This document shows, one piece after another, positions 38,073 through 52,400 of a stretch of DNA of 64,000 bases. Below the pieces are notes generated by a model that searched no databases, was not told where the DNA came from, and was given only the letters and a program-made list of their open reading frames with translations. The DNA is from Ophelia neglecta. Taxonomy: Eukaryota. How positions within the stretch are numbered: position 1 is the first letter of the stretch; each line of letters starts with the position of its first letter. The DNA lies in assembly GCA_965285935.1 (NCBI GenBank), contig OZ260665.1, forward strand, positions 73,594,001 through 73,658,000, written 5' to 3'. Made by a program: the position numbers and the translations under genes.

Positions 38073-40420
38073 TGATGTAGTAGTTGAGGCGGGGTGCGGG
38101 TCAACTTGCACCACCTTTTGTTATGAAGGTTACGTGCATAGTTTGTAGGTTGATTTACTTGGAAATTAGCAAGTTTCAAGCAGAAAAAACGTGACATAAC
38201 CTGCCTGCAAATAAATTCGAACTTTAAAAGCACACGGACGGACTTAGTAAACTTTAACTTTTATCAACTTCCTAACAAATTTAGTTGGTAGGACTACTTT
38301 TCAGAACATAGTCCAGAACATGGTGTCGCCAGTGTCGGGAACCTACTTCGCGTGGTTACTACTACATCAAGCGACATGACTGGTGGTCATATCAATCTTG
38401 TTACTACTTTTACTGACTGGATAATGAAGCTTTTATCACAGGCCATATCAACCACATAAAGACAGATTCGCTTTTTTCATTTTCTTTACGTATAATTAGT
38501 TGAAAGTCCGGCTTATTTCGCTGTGAAAAAGAGATACTGGTAGCATGGCCTTTGTGGGTTAAAATAAAAATTTAATTCGGCTGGTGATATTGCTAATTAT
38601 GGAGATAAACATTACTCTGCTTGGTATCACTCTGTGATGTATAGCAACGTGCTTCCCAACTGTGCCAGAAAAGCGTATTATTTCCAGGACCACATTAATT
38701 CCATGTAGGAAAATTGATTGAACAGAATTTACGAAAAGTAATACTTTTTGACGAATTTGTCACTGGTTCACACTGCTAAGTCACATAAATGTCATTTGAT
38801 ATGTAGCAGAAAAGAAGCAAGAAACCAACGGTTATTGGTGCAAATGACAGAGACGGCATCGTAGGCGATGCTTGAGAATATTCATCACCATGTATTACTG
38901 AGTACAATACAGGCAAATATTTTTTTTTTTCCTGAGCGTTGTAGTAACACAAAACGTTTTTAACAAACACGCTTTCATGAACATGTCGACGTGGTCGTCC
39001 GATACTTAAACATCATAATCAGTCTGATCACGAAGATGTGACAGCCTTAAGCCATCATTAAGCATATGCAGTAACATGTGCCAGTGACGGTAGTTACTGG
39101 AAGTTTTTAGTCCCCCTCCACTCCACAGATACAAATAACATTGCGAATTGCTTTCTGACGGATCGACAGAATATAACACTTTAGTCATTGTCTCAATTAA
39201 TCATGCAGTAGCAAGGTTCTTTTAACTAAATGGACCGTGGCCTAGAAAATTAGGCTGAACTATTTGCTCAAGGGAAATACTTCATCGGACACCTCCCGAA
39301 GGGCAAATGGTGTCGCCTAGTTTCCAAATCAGTTAGTAAAGGTACGCGTTTGTGTATTATACATCCAATCAAATATTCATTGATTGCTAAACTACAGAAA
39401 CCCTGCCTTGCCCAAACCAAAACCAACTTGGCAAATCATGAAATTTCATTTGCTCTTATAACAGCTAGCATAATACATATTCATACTCTAGATAATGTCT
39501 GGATAACCTCACCCAGCTGTATGACCATATATGTAATACAGCGGCTTCCACGAGGGCGCCACTTGTGCCATATCATACTGAGTTTTTGGGAAGTTCTCGG
39601 CAGGGAAATAGCCTGCACAACTAGCGCATAGCGACAAACTAGCCAAGTTTACTGTATACAACTCGCAAACAGGGGATCGCATTCTTGACATTCTTGATTG
39701 TTTTAGTTCGGATCGATTAACCTTAACCTAGGTTACTGTAAGCTGGGCATCATTTTCGATTACTCAAAGGGTGTCACGAGGCTAAATAGCAAGAAAAATA
39801 ACCTCAAAGATGCCATATTTTTCTTTTTCCTAGTTGAATACTTTAGTACTGTAATAATTACGAATAATTTCATGCCAATCTCATTTCCCAACAAATGTTT
39901 AATAATTTCACTGGGTTAAAATGGCGCAAATGAAACAGTAATAATGGCATGTTCTGCGCTCATAGGCGCTAGTGCTTACAAGTAGTAAGTATACCTGCAG
40001 AAACAGACATCTATATATCTAATACGTATATATATATGTGCGTGAATACAATTCAAGGTCGTACAGGACAAGACTTCACAAAACATGCTGTCGTATCATA
40101 TTTCAAACAACCATGCGGCAAACGGCATTACCTCGCCGCACAATAATATCGTTCACCGTATTGACATTGATATGGCCGCACAATAAATAATGGACTTCGC
40201 CGCAATGACCAGTGCACACCAGAGTTTTTTGCCATTGTTGCCCATTCGCATTAATACTGTTACTACTTACGTCCATTCTTAGTACGAAACTATATACTGT
40301 AGGTTTTGCTTTACTTGTTACGGGGATTTTTACCAGTTTCGGTTACAGTTCAGGTATACATGTACATGTACATGCACACAATACACAGACCGGCGAACGA
40401 GTAACTCGAACGAGGTGAAC

Positions 40421-43400
40421 ATGTCAGTTCTTACATTCTTCGTAAACGGAAAAAAGGTATCGGCTTGAGCGTATTAGACACTTTTTATATTTCTATAACT
40501 GGTCATCCAAGTTATACAGGCTGAACGTACCCACTCTAACATGTATCTTGTCGTTGTCTGTCGATTGCATGTATTGTATAATGATCAAAATTGATTATTC
40601 ACCTTTGACCTTAATTCAGTATAGGGCCTATTGAAGAGTAGTGGCCAAAGTCTAATGGTAATATTTTTCTATCGAAAGTAGTGAGGTAACGATAAAGAGG
40701 ACGTAAGGTAGAGACTTGAACTGTTTTAAATGATAATGTTTGCCCCCTATGGAGCATAGATTAGAGAGGATTAGGAGACGGTATGTCATGTGTGTGTGTC
40801 TGTAAGGGTGTGTCTGTGTGTGTGTCTGTGCACCTGTTCACAAGATATCTCAAGAATCACTTTTTTCACCGATTTTGATGAAATTTGGTGAGAACCTAGA
40901 ATAGGACAATGGCTCAAGGCCATTAACTTTTGGTTAACCTATCTTATAAATCTAGATCACACCGTGACCTTGAAAATTGAAAATAGCTATATCTCGGCGG
41001 ATTATTGAACAATTTCAATAATATTTGGCACGAATGTAGCCAGTTATAAAATCATTTGTCCAAAATTATCTGTTTGACTTATTGAAGAAAATCAAGATCA
41101 CACCATGATCTTGAAAATACGAAATGGCTATATCTCAGCTGTTTATATGACGATTAACGTAAAATTTTGTGATAAGTTCTTCTGATGAAAATAATCTGGT
41201 TGACCTACTGTGAAAAGTCAAGGCCATACTGTGACCTTGAAAATTTCAAATGCCTGTATCTCAGCCGTTTACTGACCGATTTCCGCAAAATTTGCCACGA
41301 ATGTAGCCAGTTAAAATATCTGTTAAATTATCTTATTGACCTTTTTACAAAATCAAGGTCACACCGTGACCTTGAAAATTTTAAATGCCTGTATCTCAGC
41401 CATGTATTGAAAGATTTATATAAAATTTAAATGTAGCCAGTTAGAAGGTCTTGGGACTAATTTGATCTGGTTAATGTACTTTGAAAATCAAGATTACGCT
41501 ATGACCTTGAAAAGTTCAAATTGCTGTATCTCAGCTGTTTATTGACCGATTTTTGAAAACTTGGCATGAATGTAGCCAGTAAGAAGCTCTTGATCAAAAT
41601 ACAGTGAAACCTGTCTAATCAGGTCAGTCAAGGGACTGGAAAAAAATGACCACATTATGTAGGTGACCTTAATAGACAGGTCATTTAACATAGGCATAAG
41701 TGGGGATTTGGCTATTATTTAGTGACCTCAGTGGGCAGGTGACCTTATTACACAGGTGGCCACAAACACAGGTTTCACTGTACTTTAGTCATCTAGATGA
41801 TTTGCTTATTTTTGCTGATCTATATTTTGCAGAACTTTTTATTACGATCGAGAAACTATCAAAGGGGGAAGATATCGTATCCGATAGGATACACCTTTAA
41901 TTTATTTAAGTAAAGTTGAAGATAATGGAAGATAGAATCTTGTTTTTATTTATTTTTTGTTCTAGATTGAGGAGAGGACACCAGAGTTGTTATGTTCCTT
42001 ATTGTCTTATCTACGGAGGAACCGTATCCTTTGAACCGACTGTATAAACCGCACAGTTGTATTTTATTAACTGTCTCCACTGATAGGCCTACCACTGATA
42101 GAAGAAAATTAACAAAATGTGTCATTTCACAAATGGTAAAAATTGAGAACATACATAGCTTTAATTTAATTAACTAGATAAACAAATTCAGTGAGAGGTG
42201 CAGCAAGCCTACATATTTAGGAATATACAAATATATTTTTTTTGGTATGGTTGGCCATGCATATTTTATATCAATAAACCCAGTACACTTCCTCTGGCAT
42301 ATTCAAAGTTATTAGCCAGTTTTTTTTCTTCTGAGGGGTGGCTAATAACTAATGTAATTGGGCGTGTTAATAGGGGGATGTATGATCTAATTTTCCTATT
42401 GATATTTTGGTGTACATAGCTATATTACTTGCCCTCCTAATAGGCGTACCCTGCAATCCCGACCGCAGTCTCTTTAAAGACTTCTTTTTTGCATAACAGT
42501 ACATGCAGTGGGCAATTTTAGTATTTATCTCTCACTTTCCCTCTCCCGTCCTTGGATATGAAATGATCATTACTATTTAAAATACAAATATAACCCCTTC
42601 ATGTTATGAAAAGTGCTGCTAACGGGAACTAAGCTGGTTTGTGGACAGGGAGGCTGTGGAGCGTGTACCATTCTGATCACACGATACGACCATGACACCA
42701 AGACTCTCCGGTACGATTTATTGTATACCTTAAGGACAAATATATCAATGAGAATGTAAGTAAATAACAATTATAATACCCATTTTTAATGGATGTCAAC
42801 TATATATTTTACCCTGTGGTCCCTCGTTCAGCCATTTCAGCGTCAACGCCTGCTTGCTGCCGGTCGCCTGGGTACATGGATGTGCAATCACCACCATCGA
42901 AGGTCTGGGAAGTACTAAAAACAAACTTCATCCCTTACAGGTAATACATATATACTATAAGTACAGGACACTATCACCCTTTTGCCCGTACTGAAGATGA
43001 ATTCTTTTCCGAATTATATTGTATAAATGGAATGATTGATCGGCAAGGTAGGGCCTATTGAATAACTTTTTTTCTCATCTTAATGGACAAGTTTGTACAC
43101 ACATCTATCTCAAGATCATCTTGATCCTCTTTCATTGTCCGGTTATAATTGGAATCAGTTTTATCTTGTTTTAATCTGAAGAAATACATATAGTCCCTCA
43201 TGGAATATACGAAAGTGCATTATGTGTATTTATATAAATTTATTATATCCGCGAAATGCGGATATTAGTCGTTAACGCGATAACTCAAAAACCATTTCGT
43301 ACATCTTTTTCAAATTCAACACAGCCATAGACCTTATTGAGAGGAGGAACTGATTAGATTCTGGTGAAAATCCAATAATTATTAATTAGTTAAAACAATT

Positions 43401-46400
43401 AATTAATTACGTCAGAAACGCATTTTCTGCAAAAACACAAAAAATATTTGATACATCTTTTTCTAATTTGACACAGCCATAGACCTTATTGAGAGGAAGA
43501 CCTGTATTTATTCTGGTGAATTTCTGATAATTATTAATTAGTTAAAATAATTAATTAATTATGTCAAAAACACATTTTCTATCATATATTCCAAATTATA
43601 GATGATATTGGCTTGAAGTTTTGTGTCATGATTCATGTAATAACTATATACAATCTATGTAATAAGTTAACTAGTTAACCTTATTAATGACCTGAAAAAT
43701 AATTAGTTAAGGTGGTTTTGCATTATTCTTGAGGTCATATGGAACCAACTTTATTAATGACCTGCCTTCTTATTGAGGTTATTTAGAAGCTACTACAATC
43801 TGTGTAACAAGTTAACTAGTACTGTGTAATAAGTTAACTAGTTAACTTTATTAATGACCTGAAAAATAATTAGTTAAGGCAGTTTTTCATTATTATTGAG
43901 GTCATATGGAACCTACTACAATGTGTGTAATAAGTTAACTAGTTAACTTTATTAATGACCTGAAAAATTTCAGTTAAGGTCGTTTTGCATTATTATTGAC
44001 ATCTTATGGAACCTACTAATAAGTTCACTAGTTCACTTTATTAATGACCTGGAAAAAAATTAGTTAGGGTCGTTTTGCATTATTATTGAGGTCATATGAC
44101 ACCAACTTTAAGAATGACCTGCATTATTATTAAGGTCAAATAGAACCTACTACACTCTGTGTAATAAGTTAACTAGTACTGTGTAATAAGTTAACTAGTT
44201 ATATCCGCGAAATGCGGATATTATGTTTTCAGAAGCGCCGCCGCCGCCGCCGCAGATTTTAGTCGTTAACGCGATAACTCAAAAACCATTTCGTACATCT
44301 TTTTTCAAATTCAACACAGCCATAGACATTATTGAGAGGAGGAACTGATTAGATTCTGGTGAAAATTCCAATAATTATTAATTAGTTAAAACAATTAATT
44401 TATTACGTCGGAAACGCATTTTCTGCAATAACACAAAAAATATTTGATACATCTTTTTCTAATTTGACACAGCCATAGACCTTATTGAGAGGAAGAACTG
44501 GACTTATTCTGGTGAATTTCGGATAATTATTAGTTAGTTAAATAATTAATTTATTATGTCAAAAACACCTTTTCTTTCAAATATTCGACAGTATAGATGA
44601 TATTGGCTTCAAATTTTGTCTCATGATTCATGTAATAAGTATATACAATCTGTGTAATAAGTTAACCATGTACAATCTGTGTAATAAGTTAATTAGTTAA
44701 CATTATTAATGGCCTGAAAAAAATTAGTTAAGGTGGTTTTGCATTATTATTGAGGTCATATGGAACCAACTTTATTACTGACCTGCCTTATTATTGAGGT
44801 TATATAGAACATTCTACAATCTGTGTAGCAAGTTAACTAGTACTGTGTAATAAGTTAACTAGTTAACTTTATTAATGACCTCAAAAAAATTAGTTAATGT
44901 AGTTTTGTATTATTATTGAGGTCATATGGAACCTACTACAATCTGTGTAATAAGTTAACTAGTTAACTTTATTAATGACCTGAAAAAAAATTAGTTAAGG
45001 TGGTTTTGCATTATTATTGAGGTCTTATGGAACCAACTTTATTAATGACCTGCCTTATTAATGAGGTTATATAGAACCTTCTACAATCTGTGTAACAAGT
45101 TAACTAGTACTGTGTAATAAGTTAACTAGTTAACTTTATTAATGACCTCAAAAAAAATTAGTTAAGCTAGTTTTGCATTATTATCGAGGTCATTTGGAAC
45201 CTACTACAATCTGTGTAATAAGTTAACTAGTTAACTTTATTAATGACCTGAAAATTTTTAGTTAAGGTCGTTTTGCACTATTATTGAGGTCTTATGACAC
45301 CAACTTTTAAGAATGACCTGCATTATTATTGAGGTCATATAGAACCTACTACAATCTGTGTAATAAGTTAACTAGTACTGTGTAATAAGTTAACTAGTTA
45401 ACTTTATTAATGACCTGAACAAAATTTAGTTAAGGTCGTTATCTTTTGTGCCAATTAAAAACTACCATATTCACTACCTCGCCTTATGCCATGTTCCCCA
45501 TTCGAATATTGCACGCATTCGCGGATATACCCCTTGCTGTCGGCCCCCCGACAGCGTTGGCCTAGTTTTGAAATATATCTTATCAAAATCATTTAACAAT
45601 CTATTTTGCCGTTTAGATGACATTTTTTCTGAAGTGAATATATGCAGAAACCCCTCGTGGAAGAGTTAAAATATAATATATACTGTACGCTAGATAAACA
45701 AGGCTTGTAAACATGGTATGAAATACACTCAATAGGTTTATATTATTAACCGATTACTTAAGGGTATACCGAACCCCTACTGGATATTAAATTTCATAAT
45801 TGGGTGATTTTTGAAAAAGTACTGTTTTAGATAGAGCTTGATCTGCTCTATCCATTGGTGTGTTTATTTTCATTCTTAGCATTTTAAAATTTAGTCAAAA
45901 AAGGATTTTTATTCATGCCCATCAGCTAATTGTTTGTTTACAAACAAGACATGTTATGGTATTGTTAGCCACATGACCATAGTGATCAGCCATGCATGAC
46001 CAAGCATTAGGCAATGGCAATTAGGCTCCTCCCCACTCTCACTGGATCACTGATAGTTGTGATAAACTGAATAATATGATAGGTGGGATACCTGTTCATA
46101 ATATGTTAGTATGCCCAAGAAATCACTAATAGAACTCATGTAGAATGGCTCCAAGGAAGAGGCTGTGTCTGAATTTTCATATGACAATAAACTTATCAAT
46201 AACAGTATATAATAGGTCTACAGAATGTATAGCAAGCTTTGACATAGAGCCCGATGAAAACGACGACAAATACAGATAATTGCGCTTCATGTACATGTAG
46301 TCTACGTGCTTTATTATAGAGCGTGTGTCAGAAGGCATGTACATGTATGTGAGCGATAAAACGTGAAACAAACGTTCCTAACTTACTAGATGTATATTTA

Positions 46401-49400
46401 TCGCCGAGAATTTCACTTTATCAAATTCAACAGAGGCTAATCCATTCCTACAGGCACAGACCAGAGTTTATCCCACAATTGGCCGCAATCTAATTACAAA
46501 TGTTTGAAAAGGGTCTCTTTTTCCGTCCCATCCTTTAGGAATATCCCACCATCCACAATTATTTTGTATATGAAGTACACGGTATTTGCAATAATCAATC
46601 GATGTCTGAAGTCACATATTATTCTTTCGCTAATTAAATTCCAACTGATGATGCATGCTTTATATTTGACAAAGTCGCTAAACTTATATAAACAGATGAT
46701 CTGTCTGATACCACTAATCTCCCCTACTTGGCTCCGCCCATAAGGGCTGACGCGACGGCATCACAGCCAATTAAAATGTGTCCGTGTGGCTCACCACGTG
46801 GAACTGAACGAGTGACATTTCAACCGACTAAAACTCACCGACTAAACTTTCAAAATTACGCTTATGATTGGAAGAAAGAAAATGACAGTTTGTGGGATTG
46901 TAGGGGACTATACTGCCCTAGTGGCTAGTGAAAAGGTGAGAATGCATCAAGCCAAATCCAGGCGTCCAAGTGAGAATAACAGTGTTCCGGCGCCTTCTTT
47001 GTTGATTAGCCGCGAAGATGAGTTGGTGTAAATTGCAAGCTATTAATCATTTTCAAACAACGCTGGCCTCGTCAAACTTTAACCGAATTAAAATCCGCAA
47101 ACGGCAACTTGTCAACAAGAGTTAGATCTAGTAAACGGTCATTCAGATTTTTTATAAGATTTTCCATCAATTAGTAATCAATCGCCAAAGTTGAAATAGC
47201 CAATAATGAGTACTATATTAGATGACTAGTTACAAAGCCTATTTAAATCACTGGTTAGGAGAGGAATTTGGAAAATCTGAATGACCGTTTACTAGTTTAC
47301 ACTCTTAGGAACACATTGGCACAACTGTCACACTTGTAAATAATGTCAGTGGTTCATGGCAATCTTAGAAAAAAATACCTATATTTTCTAACAAAAAGTG
47401 CTACAAAGTCACAATTTTCAATTTTTTTTTCAGAAATTTCCACTCATAGGCCTTATGGTACCTAGTGGGTACTATATATTATGAAAAATTTGTTGTATAT
47501 ATTGTAATCGTCGACAAAAATCAATTATAACACTTTACATCAACTAGGGGTTCGGTATACCCTTAACTCCTAAACTAGTATATAAATATATATATATATA
47601 GCCTTTCCCCACCCACAGAGTAGCCTTGCTGAGCACCACGGTAGCCAGTGTGGGATGTGTTCTCCCGGGGTAGTGATGTCCGTACAGGGACTCCTGTGTG
47701 GCCGACCAGAGCCTCCGACTGTCAACGACATCGAGGACACACTAGCTGGTATGTTAAACGCCACTCTCATCCTAGTTACCTTTGTCACTGTTTGAGAATT
47801 TTTTGGAATGTACATTGATTTATCCCTAGGAAACCTCTGCAGATGCACTGGATATCGACCAATATTTGACTCATTTGAACCATTTTCAAAGGTGCGTGTT
47901 TATTTGTTACTTAATCTAGCGGCAAAACCCCCAAGGCTGCTTCACCAATGTAATTCTTTGCGCCGTTTCTGTTTTACGAAAAAGAAGATGAACTGAAGTA
48001 AATGTGTCCTCATTTTGACAAATGACGGTCTTGAATACATTTTGAGTTTATATCTACATGTGAACTATATAATAAACCAAAACAATCATGCTCCTTTACA
48101 CTTTACAGGAGAATTCCGACGTAGCAAAATGGCAAGAAGTGCGTTCCCTTCTAACACCAGTGTCCATCGAAGACCTAAAGGTCAGATTGCTTCATACAAT
48201 TAAAATAATAGAAAATGTTCATCAGATCATTCTACATATATGCCCTATATTGTATTTTACCTATCCTTAATTTCGTGTCATGTTGTGTTCTTTGCAGAGT
48301 CTTTCGTCTCAGTCCGTGGTATTGAAGGACGCTGATACTGTTTGGTATCATCCAACAACCTTGTCCGAGTTACTCAAGATAAGGACCGAGTATCCCAAGG
48401 CGCCCCTGGCTCTGGGGTTTACCACGCTGTGTAAGGTCTTAGGCACGGGGTTGGGTGGGGGGAGGTGAGGGCTTAACAGCGACCCATGGGATCGGCCTTT
48501 TTAATTGTCCGTGAGCCGAGAATTTAAGGTTTAATTTTTCGTGATTCGGGATTTGACATTTGTCCGTGATTCAGGATCAAGGATTTTAATGAACTGTGAC
48601 CTTGGGATGTCCTATTTAATTTCCCGTGACTAGGAAATAATTTAAATTGATCGGGGTGCGGAAAATAATTATTTTCTTATTGCATGAAAAATCCAAATTC
48701 AAATGTGCTTAATTTGGGATTTGCCTATTTTTCAAACTGGGAACGCTCACCCCCTAATCCTCCCCCCATAGGCATTGACATGAGAAACGTTCGGCTAAAA
48801 CGAAGTCGTCGTGTCCAAGACGCGGAACACCGCTTAACTGTCACACCGGGTCATGCCTTTCTGCAGCTCCACCACGTGGGGCTGCAGCAGACCCAGCACT
48901 TAAATCCATAATTCCCGAGGGCTATCCCAGGCTGTAAACGTACTGGCATTTAGCAAGCGTACTCGTCCTTGGGACAGTGAAATATCAACTTAAATATACA
49001 AGGAACCACCTAGTTGTACTATTAATTTGTTACTCGCCCAAATTAAACTACATGGGTCTTGCTAACAACACGGCACCAATGTATATATGCTAATTAAACT
49101 ATTTCAGTTTGGTCACATGTAAAGCAAGCTGGTAGCAAGACGCCAGTAGTTATATCGGGGACAGATGTCCCAGAATTGTATAACATAGAAATGACAAACA
49201 CGGGACTTGTGATCGGTGCTGCTACCACCGTAACACGACTAGTGGAATATATCGAAGAGACTGGGAATCCATCTGGTATGTTAGTCATGGCAATATTCAT
49301 ATTTTCGTAGTTTCAAAATACTTCCATAAATTTGTTCCGATGAAAGTATTTTGAAAATATCGTAGACCTAAAAAAGAGGATAGACTGAAAATATTTATTC

Positions 49401-52400
49401 ATCAGTATATATTATTTTTACTCTCAATTCAAATTGGTTGATAAATTATTTAAATCGTAACACCTCTGACCTTGCATTGTTACTCTATATGTAATGGAAA
49501 TTTATAAACCTGTGATCTGTTTGCTACATTCTAAACAGGTTACCAATTTTCGGGATTTCTGGAAATGGCTCGGATGTTGAAAACTGGATTTGGCAGTGCC
49601 CAGCTTAGAAATATAGCGGTATGGGAATTTTGAGTGGCTTTTATGTTCAGAGCTTATTCATAAGGGTTTGCATTGTTGGGTTTGATTTGATTTATTTTAA
49701 AGAAAGACCGCGAAATTCAACTGGCACAAAAGAAGGAACCTCAAGTAGAACACCCATATTATATGACCTACCTAATAACACCTAAGGTCTTATAAAGTGG
49801 TCCTTCGAAATATCGGCCATCACATTCGTCGCCCACTTAAAAATACCTTGATACATCACAGATGCTTACATCGGAAAATCAAAGTATAAACATTTCAACT
49901 AGTCATTTAAGAAATCTAATATCTCGTTTCTTACCATTTGGTCTAAATAATAATATTTTTTAGACCCGGAAATATTAGAACACGATTTAACTCTGACTGC
50001 GTGTCATTCCAGAGCCTTGCACCAGTATATGTAAAACTAGATTTATCACAAAACCAATACGGGCAGAATTACATTATGAGAACTGCTCCTCTTAGAATAA
50101 TTGAGAGAAATTTCTCTGTGGGTACAGATATATTTTTGGGCTGGCCCGTTCGAATATTTATAAACAAGACACACAGTATTATAATTAAACCCTGTCCTTG
50201 ACTATTTAACTAGAACTAATTCATTTGTTGAAATGATGAACCTCATTATGATGTCTAGGATATTGATGTTCAGTTTCTCATTGTTCTTCTACAAAAAACA
50301 AATCATGTAGTTTCAATATCTATTTTCTGTTTTATGATAAAATGGTCGATTTCTTACAGTATTTTTTAATACGTGAAGGTCGTACAATAATTGTATGTCC
50401 AATCTTTATAGACAATTGGTGGAAGTATCGCCAGCGGCAGTGGCAGCTCCGACATAACGACAGCTTTTGTTGGTCTTGTTGGATCTATCACCGTGCAGAG
50501 TCTTGGTTGGTGACAGTCATAGTAACTTTCATCAAAAGTATAAGAACATCCCGGAACATTCTATGTATGCCTTTATAGAAATAAATAGAGTTTGTGTGTA
50601 TGAATCAGTAATCGGAGTTTCTTTTTAAGCTTCCAAGCGGGTTGTCCGAATGGATCAAAACTTTTTGACTCTGTGTACGCACGACCTTTTGAAGGAAGGA
50701 GAAATAATTATCTCTGCTGAATTACCATTCACGAATCAGGTTATTTGAACATTACCTCAAATTAATAACAAAGATTTGCATTTGTATCTCATATGCTTCA
50801 TTTGTCCACACTTAAAATTACTCGATCACAAGGCATGATTTGCCATTCATTTGTATTATTGACAGGAGGAAGTTGTGAAAATGTACAAGCATGTCCTAAG
50901 ACGAGGGGCCAAAAGTATTCTGACATTGGCTGTCCGATGTGGCCTATCAGAGTTTAAAGGATTAAAGACGTTATGCAACTCCAATATCGCTCTCGGAGGG
51001 TTTGGAAAACATGTCCGCCTGCTCAAACAGACAGCTGACGTCATGAATTTAAGGTTTATCTCGTACATCCCTTTGTTTAATTACCTTTAGCCTGAATCAT
51101 CACAATAAGGATATACTTGTTGATCTATGAGCAATTGACAAGGCACCCTAGTGAATTAATTCCATACGATTAACCTGACATTATAACTTTGTTATGTTTT
51201 CTTCCATAGCAGCAAACAAGAAGACTCACTCCATTGGAAAGCTTGTATCAAAGATTCCCTGTTAAAGGACCTTGCAGATGTGTCCAGAGCGGAGGCAGGT
51301 GAACAAAAATATCAAGTTGATGTAACAGCCAATGTTTTGTGTACAATCTTGAAACAGATTTTTGGCGAGGACCAGGTACGCCTTTATGAGACTGTAATTA
51401 TTCTAATAACCTTAGCATGTTTATTTATCAAAACCTGTATTATCGCCTATAAAATACACCCCAGGAAATGATAATTATCAAGTCGAAAATGTTCAACATT
51501 CGTGCAGAAGTTGGTTCGGAATATAAGTCTAGCAAGTGAGCAAAAGTTCATGAGCGCCCCAGACGACCAATCAGAAAATGATCACGTGGGTAGACCTTTA
51601 GTCCACCAAGCGGCGTACCAGCAATGTACGGGCGAGGCTCTTTACATGGATGATATTCCTGCCCGAAAAGGTAACGTTATGGCAGGAAATACCCCCCCCC
51701 CCCCCCCATAACTCTCATTGCAGACTTAGAGTTAGGGACCTTGGGATTGATATTTGTTGTCCTGCAGCCGACGGTTCTTTGTGATTTCGTAGATATTTTA
51801 TGGACTATTTTTCATGATTGATTTTACTTTGCCTGCCGGGTATCCACTCCCGTTTTCTAATAGTATTATAATAATACACCTATATACCGTCCATCATCTT
51901 CTGTTACTTAATTGTAATGTCGGTGATGTTATTTAAAATCGTTTAGGCGTTTGCCCTAATGCAGTCCTATAAAGAACAATGCGCACCCCTGCCGTTCTTC
52001 CAAATCATAAAGTCTATTCCCTCTTCCCACCGATATTATACTGTAATCTCTTTGATTTTCTATTTTTAAATGGAATATTATACTAACATAAACATATATT
52101 ATCTTACTTAAAGAACGGGTATTTATTTCAATCAAAAGACAATTTCTTAAAGAATGGGTTTTTACGATTAAGAAAAGAACAATTTCTTTATTCCCTGTAG
52201 TCTTTATACAATTTCGTGATTCTTTTGGTCAATTATTTTATAAATCTCCTATATTTCTTTCAGATGAGTTGTTCCTTGCGTTTGTTACGAGCACCAGAGC
52301 GCACGCTAAGCTGATATCAGTCGACCCCTCGGAAGCGCTGGCTCTCCCTGGGGTTGTGGATTTTATATCTGCCTCAAGCGTCCCACCATCAATGAAAGGC

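Noticed and set aside
43655-45440. CRISPR-like array of palindromic repeats
   Set aside because: The intervening sequences are themselves repeated, the context is a eukaryotic intron and there are no cas genes.
48262-48272. TCCTTAAT as a U12 branch site in intron 7
   Set aside because: The donor is GTCAGA (U2-type), the motif is too far from the AG and a pyrimidine-rich tract is present.
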